Shown: positions 13,301 through 25,600, counted from the first letter of the stretch. The stretch is DNA of 64,000 nt from Hydrolagus affinis (GCA_012026655.1 JAAILG010001533.1:1-64000); one strand, 5' to 3'. The notes: generated by a model from the sequence alone, not told the origin. Program-made: numbers and translations.

Positions 13301-15381
13301 TGTTATTCCAAAATTAAAAAAATCAAAGCTGTATAACTGTTCACTTTTTTGTTGATAGTTAAATGATTTTCAATGTCACTAAAAAATTTAAAGATGTTTA
13401 GTTTCCAGGCAGTAAGCAAGAAAATATTAATGGCGATAATTTTAAAAAATTGTTAAAATTATACAGGTCCTTTGCAGATTACTTAAGTGACAACAAAGTT
13501 TCTGAATTGTATTGAAATTAACGAGCCAGAGGATAATCGAATAACAATTTTGTAAATAAAACAGTAGATCGAGACTAACAAAAAAATATTGTATTTCTCT
13601 AGTGCTTGAATGCAGCCATGAGGGGAGCGGCCGCAGGTGTGGGGGACAAGGTGACCTGCTCTCAGGGGCCCTGGGGGTCATGGCAAACTGGGCGTTCATC
13701 GCTGGGAAGGAAAAAACTAATGGGTAAGAGCAGGCAACGCTCCAACAAATCTAAGAATTGTGAAAGGCTGGCTCCATTACTTAGTGATTGTACTGGACTG
13801 TATTTTAGTCTCCGATACCTTTTTCGGTGGCAGAGGTGGCATTCTCTTATGTGCCGTTCAGAAAGCTCGCAGCCATTCACTCCCGAGTGCTGTACTTAAC
13901 TTGGAACCTTTCGTTATATTACCAGCTTTAGCTTTTTTCTCCCCAAAAAATGTTTGCTCATTTCAGCTGGGTGGCCTGGAGCTTGGTGCGAGGTTACACC
14001 TGAAAAGCTTCAAGACTGAACTATCCAACCAAACTAGCAAAGAATCTTACAGTTTTAAATTATACGTGGATAATTCTGTTTCTAGCAGCAGAGTCACTTT
14101 GTAAGATTACCGAATGGAGTCGATTTTAGGGTTTTTTTTTACTTCCAATTTAAACTTCCAATTCCAATAACAAAAACTACTGTATTTTGCCTCAAAATGC
14201 AATGAAAGCTTCTTATATGCAGCACATGCCACGCTCTGCCTGTACATCATCAGGTTGGCGAGTGAATTTTAGATCAAATGAATTGCAATTTGAAACTAAC
14301 CCAAATATTTTACAGTGTGCATCGTTTCTATTTGTGCTTAGATGCATTTTATTTCTTTAGCTCAGTGGTTAGAGCACTCACCTTACAAGCATGAGACCTG
14401 TGTTTCAAATCCAGGCAGGTCAGGGCAAAACCTTGGGCAAGTTTCCTTACTCCACACTAGTGTCCGGCGATATATCGGTTATATCGATATAATTTTTCAT
14501 ATCGATATACTGATATCGTAAATTTGAATATATCAGTATATCAAAAAATTGGGTATGAAAAAAAAATATCGGTATATCCACAAAATATTGGTATAGCCAC
14601 AAAATATCGGTATATCGTCAATGAATGCCACGTTACAGCATACAGAAAATATACAACCAAAGGTTCAAATGCCCATTACACTCCCTCAAACTAACAAAAA
14701 CACATAGATAGCATTTAACTGACCTTGTCGCCGGCATCGCAAACCTCCTGGGCCTGGAGCATGCATCCCCCTTCTTCCCTTCCCCCCACCACCAAACAAA
14801 ATCAGACATGCGCAGACTGGTCATTCCCCCTCCTCCCACTAAACACCATTTTTGTGCATGCGCACCAGATAAAAACCCGGTGATATCGATATATCGGTAT
14901 ATATCGATATGAGCCCACCGATATATCGATATAGGGAAATTTCCATATCGACAGACCCTACTCCACACGCCTAATAATAATCCCTCCCCAAAAAAACCTA
15001 TAATAAGATTGGTCATTTCAATCCACGACTGTTTGTGGGACACTGCTGCGCGCAATTGGCTGCCGCATTTTGCCCACAAATATACAGTCAGTTCACTTTA
15101 CAGTATATTCTGTAATATCTAAAAGACGTGAAAAACACCATATCAAATGCAAGGATTCTTATTATTATTTACCTCCAGCTTTCACTGAAATGGCCCTTAG
15201 TAAAATTTGCATTTTTTTGCCTTTCCTCAGCCTGAACCCTTCTCTTGTCGCTGCATTTGGAGCGTGTGTCCTGACAAGACAGTGCAACAACCAGGCTTTT
15301 CAGAAGTATGGACGTTCAATGACCACATCAGACATGGTCGCAGAGATCGGCACAGCATTTAACAGACTGTTTGAAACATAA
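1187..15381 (+). CDS. NAXD: ATP-dependent (S)-NAD(P)H-hydrate dehydratase (CARKD), spliced CDS, 5'-partial
   Basis: join(1187..1337,1898..1943,4045..4133,5654..5762,6695..6745,7694..7798,8112..8232,13603..13723,15231..15381); all GT-AG with consistent phases; motifs [44 protein letters not shown]. Confidence 0.96.
1898..1943 (+). CDS. NAXD: NAXD exon 3
   Basis: acag|[15 protein letters not shown]|gtatgt. Confidence 0.95.
4045..4133 (+). CDS. NAXD: NAXD exon 4
   Basis: tcag|[29 protein letters not shown](L)|gtaagt. Confidence 0.95.
4444..4711 (+). mobile_element. tRNA-derived SINE with L2-type tail
   Basis: A-box tagctcagtagttagag, B-box gttcaattcc, body gggacactgctgtgtgtaattggctgcc, tail caaatgcaagga(tta)n. 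Confidence 0.85.
5654..5762 (+). CDS. NAXD: NAXD exon 5
   Basis: gcag|[36 protein letters not shown]|gtgaga. Confidence 0.95.
6695..6745 (+). CDS. NAXD: NAXD exon 6
   Basis: tcag|[17 protein letters not shown]|gtaagg. Confidence 0.95.
6785..7620 (-). mobile_element. two L2 LINE 3' fragments
   Basis: reverse-complement L2 tails (aacaaaattacat...tttcac..gggacgtcccaagg) and degraded ORF2 3' end. Confidence 0.7.
7694..7798 (+). CDS. NAXD: NAXD exon 7
   Basis: ccag|[35 protein letters not shown]|gtaagc. Confidence 0.95.
8112..8232 (+). CDS. NAXD: NAXD exon 8
   Basis: ttag|[40 protein letters not shown]|gtaaac. Confidence 0.94.
9075..9360 (-). mobile_element. tRNA-derived SINE
   Basis: near full-length reverse copy ending aaccactgagctacagga. 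Confidence 0.85.
10153..10714 (-). mobile_element. CR1 LINE 3' fragment (spans an N gap)
   Basis: [48 protein letters not shown] is the CR1 ORF2 C-terminal signature; 8-nt tail repeat aagaacat. Confidence 0.9.
10446..10545. other. assembly gap
   Basis: 100 N. Confidence 1.
10821..11617 (+). mobile_element. possible solo LTR
   Basis: TG..CA-compatible ends, TATA (11390) then AATAAA (11548) then ..cccaaca; no TSD found. Confidence 0.4.
13603..13723 (+). CDS. NAXD: NAXD exon 9
   Basis: ctag|(V)[39 protein letters not shown](G)|gtaaga. Confidence 0.95.
14357..15168 (+). mobile_element. tRNA-derived SINE interrupted by a hAT MITE
   Basis: SINE sequence is colinear on both sides of 14458-14960. 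Confidence 0.88.
14458..14960. mobile_element. non-autonomous hAT-type DNA transposon (503 bp)
   Basis: 8-bp TSD CTCCACAC (14450-14457, 14961-14968); imperfect 16-bp TIR TAGTGTCCGGCGATAT / TAGGGTCTGTCGATAT; many subterminal ATATCG motifs. Confidence 0.88.
15231..15381 (+). CDS. NAXD: NAXD exon 10 (terminal coding exon)
   Basis: tcag|[49 protein letters not shown] (TAA ends 15381). Confidence 0.95.
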
Positions 15382-16418
15382 ACTAGAAGGTGTTAGCGGG
15401 ATGAAAACGGAGTAGAAAAGCGCTTTGCTGAAATATGTTGTGAATGTTTTGAACTGAAAATGACTAACCAGAAAGATTTGCAGGATTTGAAAAAGTTTTG
15501 ACAACTTGCTTGGTTTCCACAACATGGTATGTATATAACGTGCAGCATTCTTTGCACTCAGTTTCTTTTGAACAATTATAGGTCATAATTCCTAATGATA
15601 AGTGTTCGCAAGTCCCGAGGAGATCGGTGAGAGGTGCTGGTGCAGGTGATATTTATTGGAAGAATGAAGAGGACTCGAAAGATAGGTAATCTGTGCTGTT
15701 CCTGATATAGTTAATGTATAATGTGATGTTGGCATCTAATTTGTGGTATTTCTTAATCTAATTCTTAATTTAAAAAAAATCTAATTATCATATTTCTAAA
15801 ACTTCAGGAGACTGTACAGTATTTCTCAAAATATTGGGTATTTTGGAAATTCTGCAATTGTTTTTTTTTAAACCTTTTTAGTGAGTAATTTGCTGCCCAG
15901 AGCCATACACCTCTACTCCTTATGCTGGTGTGTGTTTCCACAGGGGATAGTAGCCCTCCAGTTGAATACACAAGAGGCCATCATTCTCGTGTGAATCTTG
16001 GCAGAGTGTCGCCAGGCTATTCGACAGGAGAGGGCTTCAAAGCCAAATGTGACCTAATCTGACCTTGCTGACATGCATGCATTGTCACTAATCCTGGAAA
16101 ATCTGGGGCCAATTTAGACATAAGTAATAATTAATTACTTAATTACTTAATATAATAATTAATAATAATAAATAAATTAAGAAATACGGTTGAGAAATAC
16201 GGCAGAAATATACCCTCAATATTCTGTTCTAAATTAACACATCTAACTCTAAGAACTCGGATATTTTCAGGAGGCTGTGGAGAAATGATTGTGCCTGTAG
16301 GGAAAGTGCAATCTTACTCCCAGCTGTTAAAATTTGCAGTTCATTACACTTTTGAAAGGCGAGTATAATAAATGGTGAATGTAAATGTCTCAACATGTGC
16401 TATAAATCAAATTTCTTT

Positions 16419-16424
16419 ATTAAA
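16419..16424 (+). terminator. candidate NAXD polyadenylation signal (ATTAAA)
   Basis: ATTAAA followed by GT/T-rich tract (tttgtgtgtttttat), about 1 kb after the stop codon. Confidence 0.4.
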
Positions 16425-17122
16425 CAGTCATTTGTGTGTTTTTATGCATAATAGTGCCTGAATCAATTTAAAATGTCAACACATTGTAAAAACACCGATC
16501 TTGCAGACCTCACATCTATAGCACCCAATGAAGCATAACATAGTTAAGTAGGAGTGTGTTACCTCACACAGTGACTTACTGATCTCATCATTGGTGTTAT
16601 GTGATGCTGCCAACTGGAGATCACAATTGTCCCATGGTCACAATGAATGCAAATTGAAAAGGGCATCATGCTGACTTGCACTAAATAACTGGTCACCAAG
16701 AAGGATCAGTGAAAGGCTTTAGGGGAGGTTGCAAGGTGAAGTAAGGTTACTTTGCCAACCCATCCACTATCTTGCTAGTTACGGTCAGAGATTAGTTAGA
16801 AAGAAAAAAACATTGTCTGAATGTGAATTAGTTGATAAGCATTTTATATTATTATAATATAATATATAATTATATTATAATATTTTATATTTAGAATGTA
16901 ATTTTACTTAAAATGCTATGACCATTATAACAGCAACAACAAATTATATTTGTGTAGCACCTTTCATTTCAGGAGGATGTCCCAAACAGTGTCTTGCCGA
17001 AGTGTTCTGCCAATTTCCAAAATTCTGTACCATCTTAATACAAAATAACCAGTCTATCTAGCCACCCATCATAGTTAGGTCAATTCTGAGCAGGTGTCCT
17101 GGCCAACAATCCCCTGAATAAA

Positions 17123-17438
17123 TAATAATAATAATCGTTGTATTTGATATAGCACTTTTCACATTTTATCAATGTCTCAAAGCGCTTCACAGAATATACT
17201 GTAACGTGAATTGACTAGATTTGTGGGCGAAATGTGGCAGCCAATTGCGCACAGCAGTGTTCCACAAACAGTCATGGATTGAAATGACCAATTTTATTAT
17301 TGTGGGTTCTTTTGAACGGATTATTATGAGGCGTGTGGAGTAAGGAAACTTGCCCAAGGTTTTGCCCTGACCTGCCTGGATTAGAAAACAGGTTTCACGC
17401 TTGTACGGCGGGTGCTCTAATCACTGAGCTAAGGAGCT
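17123..17438 (-). mobile_element. tRNA-derived SINE
   Basis: full-length reverse copy. Confidence 0.85.
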
Positions 17439-17732
17439 CATAAAATTGATCATTCACATGGGACATTGCCAAAAATTGACTGTTTCAATCATGCACTTTA
17501 TGCTAAAACCGTGATATAGGTCCCGCAATATCAAATGCAATGATTAAAAAAAGTTGAGAAATATGAGGTTATGGGCAACATTAGCTCAGGTGGAGAATAC
17601 ATACTTTTATGAAAAATTAAGATCCCAGGTTAATATTGAGATCCAAATGAAGGTTCCAATATGACAAGGACCCACCATAAATCTCGAAAGCAGTGACACA
17701 AGTTTCCAGAAAGAAGGAGTATTAAGTCTAAA

Positions 17733-18028
17733 AGTCTTGTAGCTCAGTGGTTAGAGCACTCGCCTTGCAAGCGAGAGACCAGGTTTTGATACCGGGCAGG
17801 GCGAAACATTTGGCAAATTTCCTTGCTCCACAAGCCTGATAATAATCCCCAAGAAAAACAAACAATAATAAAATTGGTCACTCAATCCACGACTGCTTGT
17901 GAGACACTTCTGTGCGCAATTGCCGTGTTTGGCTCACAAATATACAGTCAATTCATTTTACAGTATATTCTGTGAAGCTCTTTGAGATCTAGAAGACGTG
18001 AAAAGCTCGATATCAAGGATTATTATTA
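17733..18028 (+). mobile_element. tRNA-derived SINE
   Basis: full-length forward copy, head-to-head with the previous one. Confidence 0.85.
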
Positions 18029-18578
18029 AAATGGTCAGACAATCACAAGTTGATTTAAGAGTTAGAATGAGTAATTAGGTTAGAGACTAAGGTCACTAGA
18101 GACAACTTTAAATATCAGATTTGCATATCTTAAACTGCATATTCTGCCCCGTACAGATTTCTATTCCATGTGCACCAACCCAAGGAATCAACCTCAATTT
18201 GATGGTAAACCCAGCACACTGCATACAGATACTTTGTGTGTAAACTGTATTAACCAGGAGACTTGCCAAGGGACAGGAGAGCAGGGTGTGGAACTAGTGC
18301 TAGTAATTCTGTGTTATTTGGGAAAGGTGGAAGGGGTCATGATTGTACAGTATAATTTAATTTTTAAGCTCTCCCCCAGAGGTGTCTGACAGGCTGGCTG
18401 AACAGATTTTCCCCAAGAAAACCAATTCTAGTTTTGAGCAAACTAATACTCAGTGCAATTTCTACAGGGTATTTCTGAGCTCCCAGGAGGGAGCTATGTA
18501 CTGGCTATATATACACATTTCTTAGTTCTCAAAAATGGTTAAAGTAACAATGCATAAAACATTTGGATTGAATTGCAT

Positions 18579-18584
18579 TTTATT
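18579..18584 (-). terminator. candidate CARS2 polyadenylation signal (AATAAA)
   Basis: tttatt on + strand, about 1 kb beyond the CARS2 stop codon. Confidence 0.4.
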
Positions 18585-19573
18585 TAGCAATTTATAAATT
18601 CACTGATCCAATAAGCCATTGAATATGACAATGAAATCATAAGCATTTCTGTTCCTTCTTAATTTTCTAAACTGTACAGAATATTGTCTTATTCAATTGC
18701 TGACATTATTATTGTATATAATAATGTTCTGTACACATACACTACAACGATGAAAAAAGGGCAACAGGTGGTCAATTGAGATTTAATTTGATTCTACATT
18801 TTCATATCGTGATTTCTCGTTTAGATAAAAAGGCTAAATGATCACAGCCTCTCCCAATATTCTGGGCAGTATCATTCCATGAGCAAATGGCTACAATACC
18901 CCACAAGACCAAATTACATTTATACAACGCCATTCTCTAACTGAAGGATGTGAAGGTTATGCCGGAGCATGGACTAGCATTGATAGGCCCCTTTCCAAAA
19001 TCAAACATTGCCCTCAACATAAAACTGGCAAAACTCAGCTCATTGAAGTTACATTGATGCAATAATCAAAATAATTTTGACTTTTCGGCTAGTATTCCAA
19101 CATTTCCACTGATTTAGAAATGGTCCAATTTAATAATGGGGTCAATTTACCCATTTTTTGCCACAACACTGCATGCACCAAAGACAAATTGTCACTGCCT
19201 CCCAAGTTAATGCTAAAATCCAAGATGCTGGTGCCAAAGCCAAGGGCAATGGACTAGTCGATCAACAGGAAATCAAATTTTTTAGTAAACAAAAGGACTA
19301 GAAGATGATATCAAGGTTGGCATTAGGGAAGCAAATAAGATCTGTCTTTGGCACATTTAATGCAATAAAAATGGAATGGACTGTTAAATTGACCTTAAAT
19401 TTTAGTGAAGCAACTCGATAATTGTACTGTACATGGGGAATTTCTTTCACTTAGTGGCAAGAAACATCTCATGCCAATTTATAAAATAGCTTCTGCAACT
19501 ACTAGCGATAAGTTGTTCAGGATTTATCTCTGTGGAGGAGTCAGTGAGTGCTGTAAACTGCCACATGGATAGA

Positions 19574-19642
19574 TTAGTTCTCAATTTTCTCTCTGTTGAT
19601 CAGTTGTTCCGTCAGCTCCCAAGTTGAAATCGTCCCCCGATC
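19574..19642 (-). CDS. CARS2: CARS2 coding exon 15 (terminal)
   Basis: acag|[22 protein letters not shown]. Confidence 0.9.
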   Translation of the reverse strand, partial: DRGTISTWELTEQLINREKIEN

Positions 19643-22600
19643 CTGTAAGAAATAAAACTGATGTTTACAAAGTGCGCATATTTCAGTGAAATATATTTAT
19701 CTGTTGGGAGTGCTTATGCATTCTGGAAAATATATCTTTATTAAAACAAAATTTGGAAGAGAGAGGAATAGCAACACTTAATTTGTGACTCACTAACAGA
19801 AACCTGAAGAGAAACAACAATGGGTTGGTACCATTTCATGACCCAAGCATTTTAGAGATATAAGATTGCCCCACTTTAGTTTAAGTGCTCACAAAAAAAA
19901 TGATTCCCCAGAGTTCAATGAAGAATACAAATTTCTTCCAGTTATTAGATATATGTTCGTTCTATGTATCAGGCCATGGCATTGGCTTTATAGTTTGCTT
20001 GAGAAGATAGTTTTCATTAGCACAGAAGCTACATATTTTATTGTAGCTCCCACACATTCACTGTTTATGTAATAGTGCTCAGAGGCAATTGCTGATGGCC
20101 TAAATGTATTTCTGCAAAATAGTTTCTCCAGAACTGCAAACTCAGGAATGGCCTTAATATTTGTACAATAACTCAAATTTATACAGCACCCCTCACGCAG
20201 GATGCTTGACAGTGTGAAGCACAAAAACGAGCCAGGGAGAGAGAACTGTAAGTATGCTCGAAGAGGAAGGTCTTTCACCATGCTTACGATGGGGGGAAGG
20301 AGGGGCAAGGTAGAGGGATTGAGGGAGTATCCAGGAGTTTCAGGGCACAATGACTGAAAGCATGGCCACCAATGATGGAATGGTGGTTATGAGGGACAAG
20401 CAGGAGGTTGGAGTCAGTCGAGCGGAGGCAGTAGATAGTGGGTCCGGGAGTAAGCAGGTCAGAGAGGTAGCGAGCTGCCATGGCATGAAGGGATTTGATG
20501 ACAAGTTATTTTTCCTTGGTTTCTTTTTTTCATGAAGCGGATGAAATTAATCAAGAACACAACTACATTGCTGCTGCTTGTGAGATGAGTTTACTACAGT
20601 TGTCCTCTAGTTTATATGTACTGACTGTATTGAAATGCGTGTTCCTGCTGATTAACTAGCACAAATATATGCTGAAATGTTATAGTGAAGTGCAGTTTCA
20701 GATTTCAGTCTATTTACCTTGAATTAGACTCCAAGATTCTGAAGTATTCCTGGCAAAATAATCACATTTAAAAATGCCAGGAACATAACCTGGAACATTG
20801 AGAAGATGCACAATAGCTTCATTTTTATATCCTTCTGAATTTATAACCTAAGCAAAGCTATGAAATTTTGATGTTGTTTCTAACGTGATTTCAAATCAAC
20901 AATGTGCTTGTTAATTAGTTGAAATGTAGCCCTTTGATTGGAATTTGAAAGCTTAGGGTCGGCACTGGCATTCAAATGTAATGAAAGAAATGACTGTACA
21001 GGTCTTGGTGATACCAGTTTTAATCAAAAATCAAATGCAATTTGGCATTAATAGCAATATTTTTCAATAATTATAAATAAAGGAAAAACACAGATAGGAA
21101 CTGGTACATTGAGAATTATATGGTTCTCAGCATATTTTAAAAAATGGTTTTGATGAGAACAGAGAAATAAATGTGGATCACCTGATACTGAGTGTGAGGG
21201 CCTCATGTCCAGCCCCAAACAAAGTGTTAAAATTTTCATTTGGGATAATTTATTCAGTTAAATTTATTTAAACCACTTCCAGCGATAACTATTCAGTTTC
21301 TCACTTTGCCATAATTTTTTCATCTCTTTGATTAGCTCTATTTTGGGTCTTTACCAAAACGTGTTCCAATCAAGTGTCATAAGCCAATTTTCCTCTATCA
21401 GATGCTGATCGACCTATGATATCTTTCTTTTTTAAATGGTGACATATCTGCTTAATGCCACTACTTTGTGTAAATTCCTCTGTAACAGCACATCATTCCT
21501 TGAAATCTCTTGTTATTCAATTTGAGACAATTCAGATTTTTGTCTTCCAGCCATTATGCACACCCAGACACTGCTACTGGACTTCTAAATCAGGCTAGTT
21601 TAATAGATTAGGCTATGTGAACCTATCACCCCCATTCTTGCCCGGCTTCACTGGCTCCCCATCCTCCAGAGGATTGAGTGTAAGATTCTCATCCTCACTT
21701 TTAAATCCCTCCATGGTCTATCCCCACCCTACCTCTTTGACCTTTTAAAACTGTGCCAACTTGTCTACTTTCCACCTCTCGGCAGGTACTGGCTTGGTAT
21801 TCACGTACCCTACCCTACCTGCCCCATCATTGCTGGCGAGGCTTTCAGTCTGTCTGACCCCATTCACTGGAACCCCATCCCCTAAGTCCCTACACTTCGC
21901 CCCTTCCTTTCACCTCCTTCAAGGTCCATCTCAAGACTTCCTCTTGTGACAAAAATGCAAAATACTGCAGATCTGAAACACTAAAGAAATCGTTGGGAAC
22001 ACTCAGCAGGCCAGGCAGCATCTATGGAGAATGGAAAAGTGAGTCAACGTTTTGAGTCCATGATCTTTCGTCAGAACTGAAGAAGGGTTGTGGACCTAAA
22101 ACATTGAATCTAAATACAGCTTGGGTGCAAACTCTTGAATGTCCAGCGCATTGGGACATCCTCCCGACATGAAAGGCTCTTTATAAAGATAGCTACTTTA
22201 CACCAACAACAAAATTATACTTGTATAATGCATTTCACGTCAGGAAATCTGAAACAATTACAGAAATCGCTGGGAATACTCAACAGGTGAGGCAGCTTAT
22301 GCTATACTTCATGCGGTACTACTAAATTAAAATGTAAAATCTTACACTTTTTCTAATCAACAAACTTGCAAAGTCTGTGTTTGTCTACTGGTTAGGAATC
22401 TAGATTATAAATTCTGAATAAAGTGTATAATAAAGTGTATTAAAGTGCATAAAGCCCACTTCACTTTGCGACCCCCAGTCCCCTGATGTTCTGTCAGTCT
22501 GCTTTTCAGACATCGGGGGCTGGATGAGCACAAATTTCTTGCAGCTGAATGTCAACAAGACTGAGGCCATACTCCTTGGCTCTCGTCAACGTCTCCATTC

Positions 22601-25600
22601 ACACGGCTCTCACCTCCTCCACCTTCCCGGTCTGCCCCTAAAACTCACCGAACCTGTGCGCAACCTAGGCATCAGGTTCGACCCCCAACTGTCCTTCCTC
22701 TCCCACATCCGGTCCATTACCAGCACTGCCTTATACCACCTCCGACGTGTTGTAACGTGTGCTTTAGTGTCAACTCTTAAGCGTTAATATAAACAGACGG
22801 ATCGCCCGTCTTCGGCAATACCTCAACGCAAAAGCCGCTGAAACCTTGGTCCACACCTTTGTCACCTCTTGGCTGGACTATTGCTAATGCCCTCCTCGCC
22901 GGTCTCCCCTCCACCACAAGCCACAAAATCCAGCTAATCCAAAACTCACCCGCTCCAAGCTTCGCTCCCCTATTACCCCAGTCCTTGCCAGACTTCACTG
23001 GCTCCCTATCCCAGAGAAGATCGACTTCAAGATCCTCACCCTTGTTTTCAAATCCCTCCACTCCTCTGCACCCCCTATCTCTCTGATCTCCTCCCCCCAA
23101 ACCAGCATCCGCTGCCTTTGCTCCTCTGGGTCTGGCCTCCTCCATGTCCCCCGAGTCCTCCACTCCACCCTCGGCGGCCATGCCTTCAGCCACTACGTCC
23201 CGAGGCTCTGGAACTCCCTTCCTCACTCCCTTCGCTTCACCCCCTCTCTTCCCAGTTTCAGATCACACCTGAAGACCTTTCTCTTCGACTGCGCTTTTGG
23301 TCACCTTTCTGCCCCTGCCCCTGGTTCGGTCCTGGGATCCGCTATCGTAAAGCGCTCTGAGACGCCGTCCGCCGTGGAGGGCACTATATAAATCAAAGTT
23401 GTTGTTGTATTACTGAAAAGAAATAATAGTTTCACTGCAGTGTGACTGATTTAAATTATATATATTTTGAAGTCATGAAAACAACAACAACAAAATTATA
23501 CTTGTATAGCGCCTTTCACATCCCAAGGCACTGGGCAGTCATTGTTTCAGACCAGAGCTGGGTTGGGGAGGGTGGAGAGAAAGGGGGGGAATTTGGGGTG
23601 ACCGATGGGACCATCAAAGAGGAGGCTCTTGAGGCGGGACTTGAAGGAGGCCATAAAGGAAAAAGTTCCCACTCACACAAAAATTCAATAACATACTCTA
23701 AGTAAACTGTTCTTCAAACTATTTATTGCTTGGAAACCTACAAACAGTTCAATATGACATCCTATAAAAAGGCCCTTCTCTGGTAACCAATGGTACTGCA
23801 GATTAACACCATAATACAAGTAAATCCTGCCTTGACCAGCAGAGGGTGCACACAACCTGTTGAGGGTAGGATCAATAAGAGTTCAGTGTACTCTGCTGAC
23901 CTGCAACCATAATACAGTACAGTAGATAAATTGGGATAATGATTATACCATATTGCCAAATGTAATAGAATATTTGTGGGTTATAGAGCATAATAATTCC
24001 TTCAAAAAAACTAAGAATACTTTGGTCACTCAATCCACACAGCTGTGCGCAATTGACTGCTGCGTTTCACCCACAAAATATAGTCAATTCACTTTTACAG
24101 TATATTCTGCAAAGTGCTTGAAAATGTGATAAGGTGCTTTATTAAATGCAAGGATTATCATTTTTATTATATGTTTTTTGAAATGTATACACCATGATGC
24201 ATTCATATGCTGCCTGTGCCATACAGGGAGAATACAATCTAAGCGAGTTTAGACTGTTAAATCTATCATTTAAAATTAAACTTGGTTAATTTGAATTTTA
24301 AGTAATCATTTTTTGTGTTTTTCACTCTGCAACTGGTCACTTACGATGTCAGTTTGCTGTACACTAAATGATCTATCTTTAATTCACACCGAATATTCCA
24401 CCCAGAACCTGTGGGCAGAAGCATGTGAACAGGAGAGATCTACAGCGCCAAGAGAAGGACATTGAACTGGAAACTAAGCTCTTATATTTAAGATTGACTT
24501 TTTAATAGCAGCTTCCTTGAAATTAAATTTCATTGATTTTTTTGTGTACACTGAGGCGTGAGACATCAGTGCCGTGAAAAATGAAACTTTACTTATTAAT
24601 CTTGTTGCTTTTGTGGGGTGGTGACCTAGCTGCCTTATTTGCCTGATATCACTATTATCAGCTTCAAGTACTTTGTTATTCCAACCGGTGACAACAAATT
24701 GACAAGTTAAATAAATTATTCAACAGTAACATAGTTCTCTGGGTACTTTCACTAACCTTGATATCTACTCCTATAGCTGAGAGATCCAGACGCAGTGAAT
24801 CACAGGCTTGGAGAAGAGGCTGCCGTTCTGCCATCAGCTGTCTCTTCTCGTCTTTCAATTGCTGCTTCTGCTCCTTAGACAATTGTTGAACCTCCAGCAG
24901 AGGCTGTGTTGCTGGTTCATCCACAGCCAGAGCATAGTTCCTTACTTTCTGACGGAAACCAACCAATTGGTCAACAATACCATGAAGTGCTGCCAGCGAC
25001 TGGTCTTCTGTTGTTACCTGAAGAGGAAGGGATTGGACAAAGAAAGGAACAGAGCTTATTTAGCATTATTGTTTCAAAGACTTAGCATAGTAGACATGAA
25101 GGGTCAATGACCTGGTTCTGTACTGTAAGTTTCTATAGTTAAAAGTTTCTGTGCTCTGCAACATATATTTTTCAAACATTTTGTAATAATTCATTAAAAA
25201 ACAGCATTTATAATAATCATCCTTTATTTGTTATAATGCTTTTCTTATCCAGGAGGAAATCCCAAAGTGCTCTACAGGTTATATACAATGGAGTTTTGTG
25301 GGAAATGGAGTTAATGGATCAAGACTCTGTTTCCCGCGATTCAGTGCAGCCCGTAAATGCTGGAGTAATGGAGGACAGGGCACAGCAGTATCTATTGAAG
25401 TAAACAATTTTTTTAAAAGAAAATATTATCCTGGAAAAGCGATCCATCAATCAACTAACTGCCAGGTAAACAGAGCCATGTGAAGTAAGAAAACGTGCCC
25501 AATGTTGCTTTTGGGATCATAATCCCTTCAAAAGAAAATAATAATAAATTGGTCACCCAATCCACAATTGTTTGGTATATTGCTATGCAAAATTGGCTGC

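Noticed and set aside
14461-14620. CRISPR-like or iteron-like ATATCG array
   Set aside because: Irregular spacing, no spacers, vertebrate context; explained as hAT subterminal repeats.
15070-15230. SINE-derived in-frame extension of the last NAXD exon
   Set aside because: A clear polypyrimidine tract and AG at 15230 give the correct phase; the upstream part is a SINE tail.
22524-23360. Intact reverse transcriptase gene
   Set aside because: 5'-truncated, frameshifted and interrupted L2 fragment.
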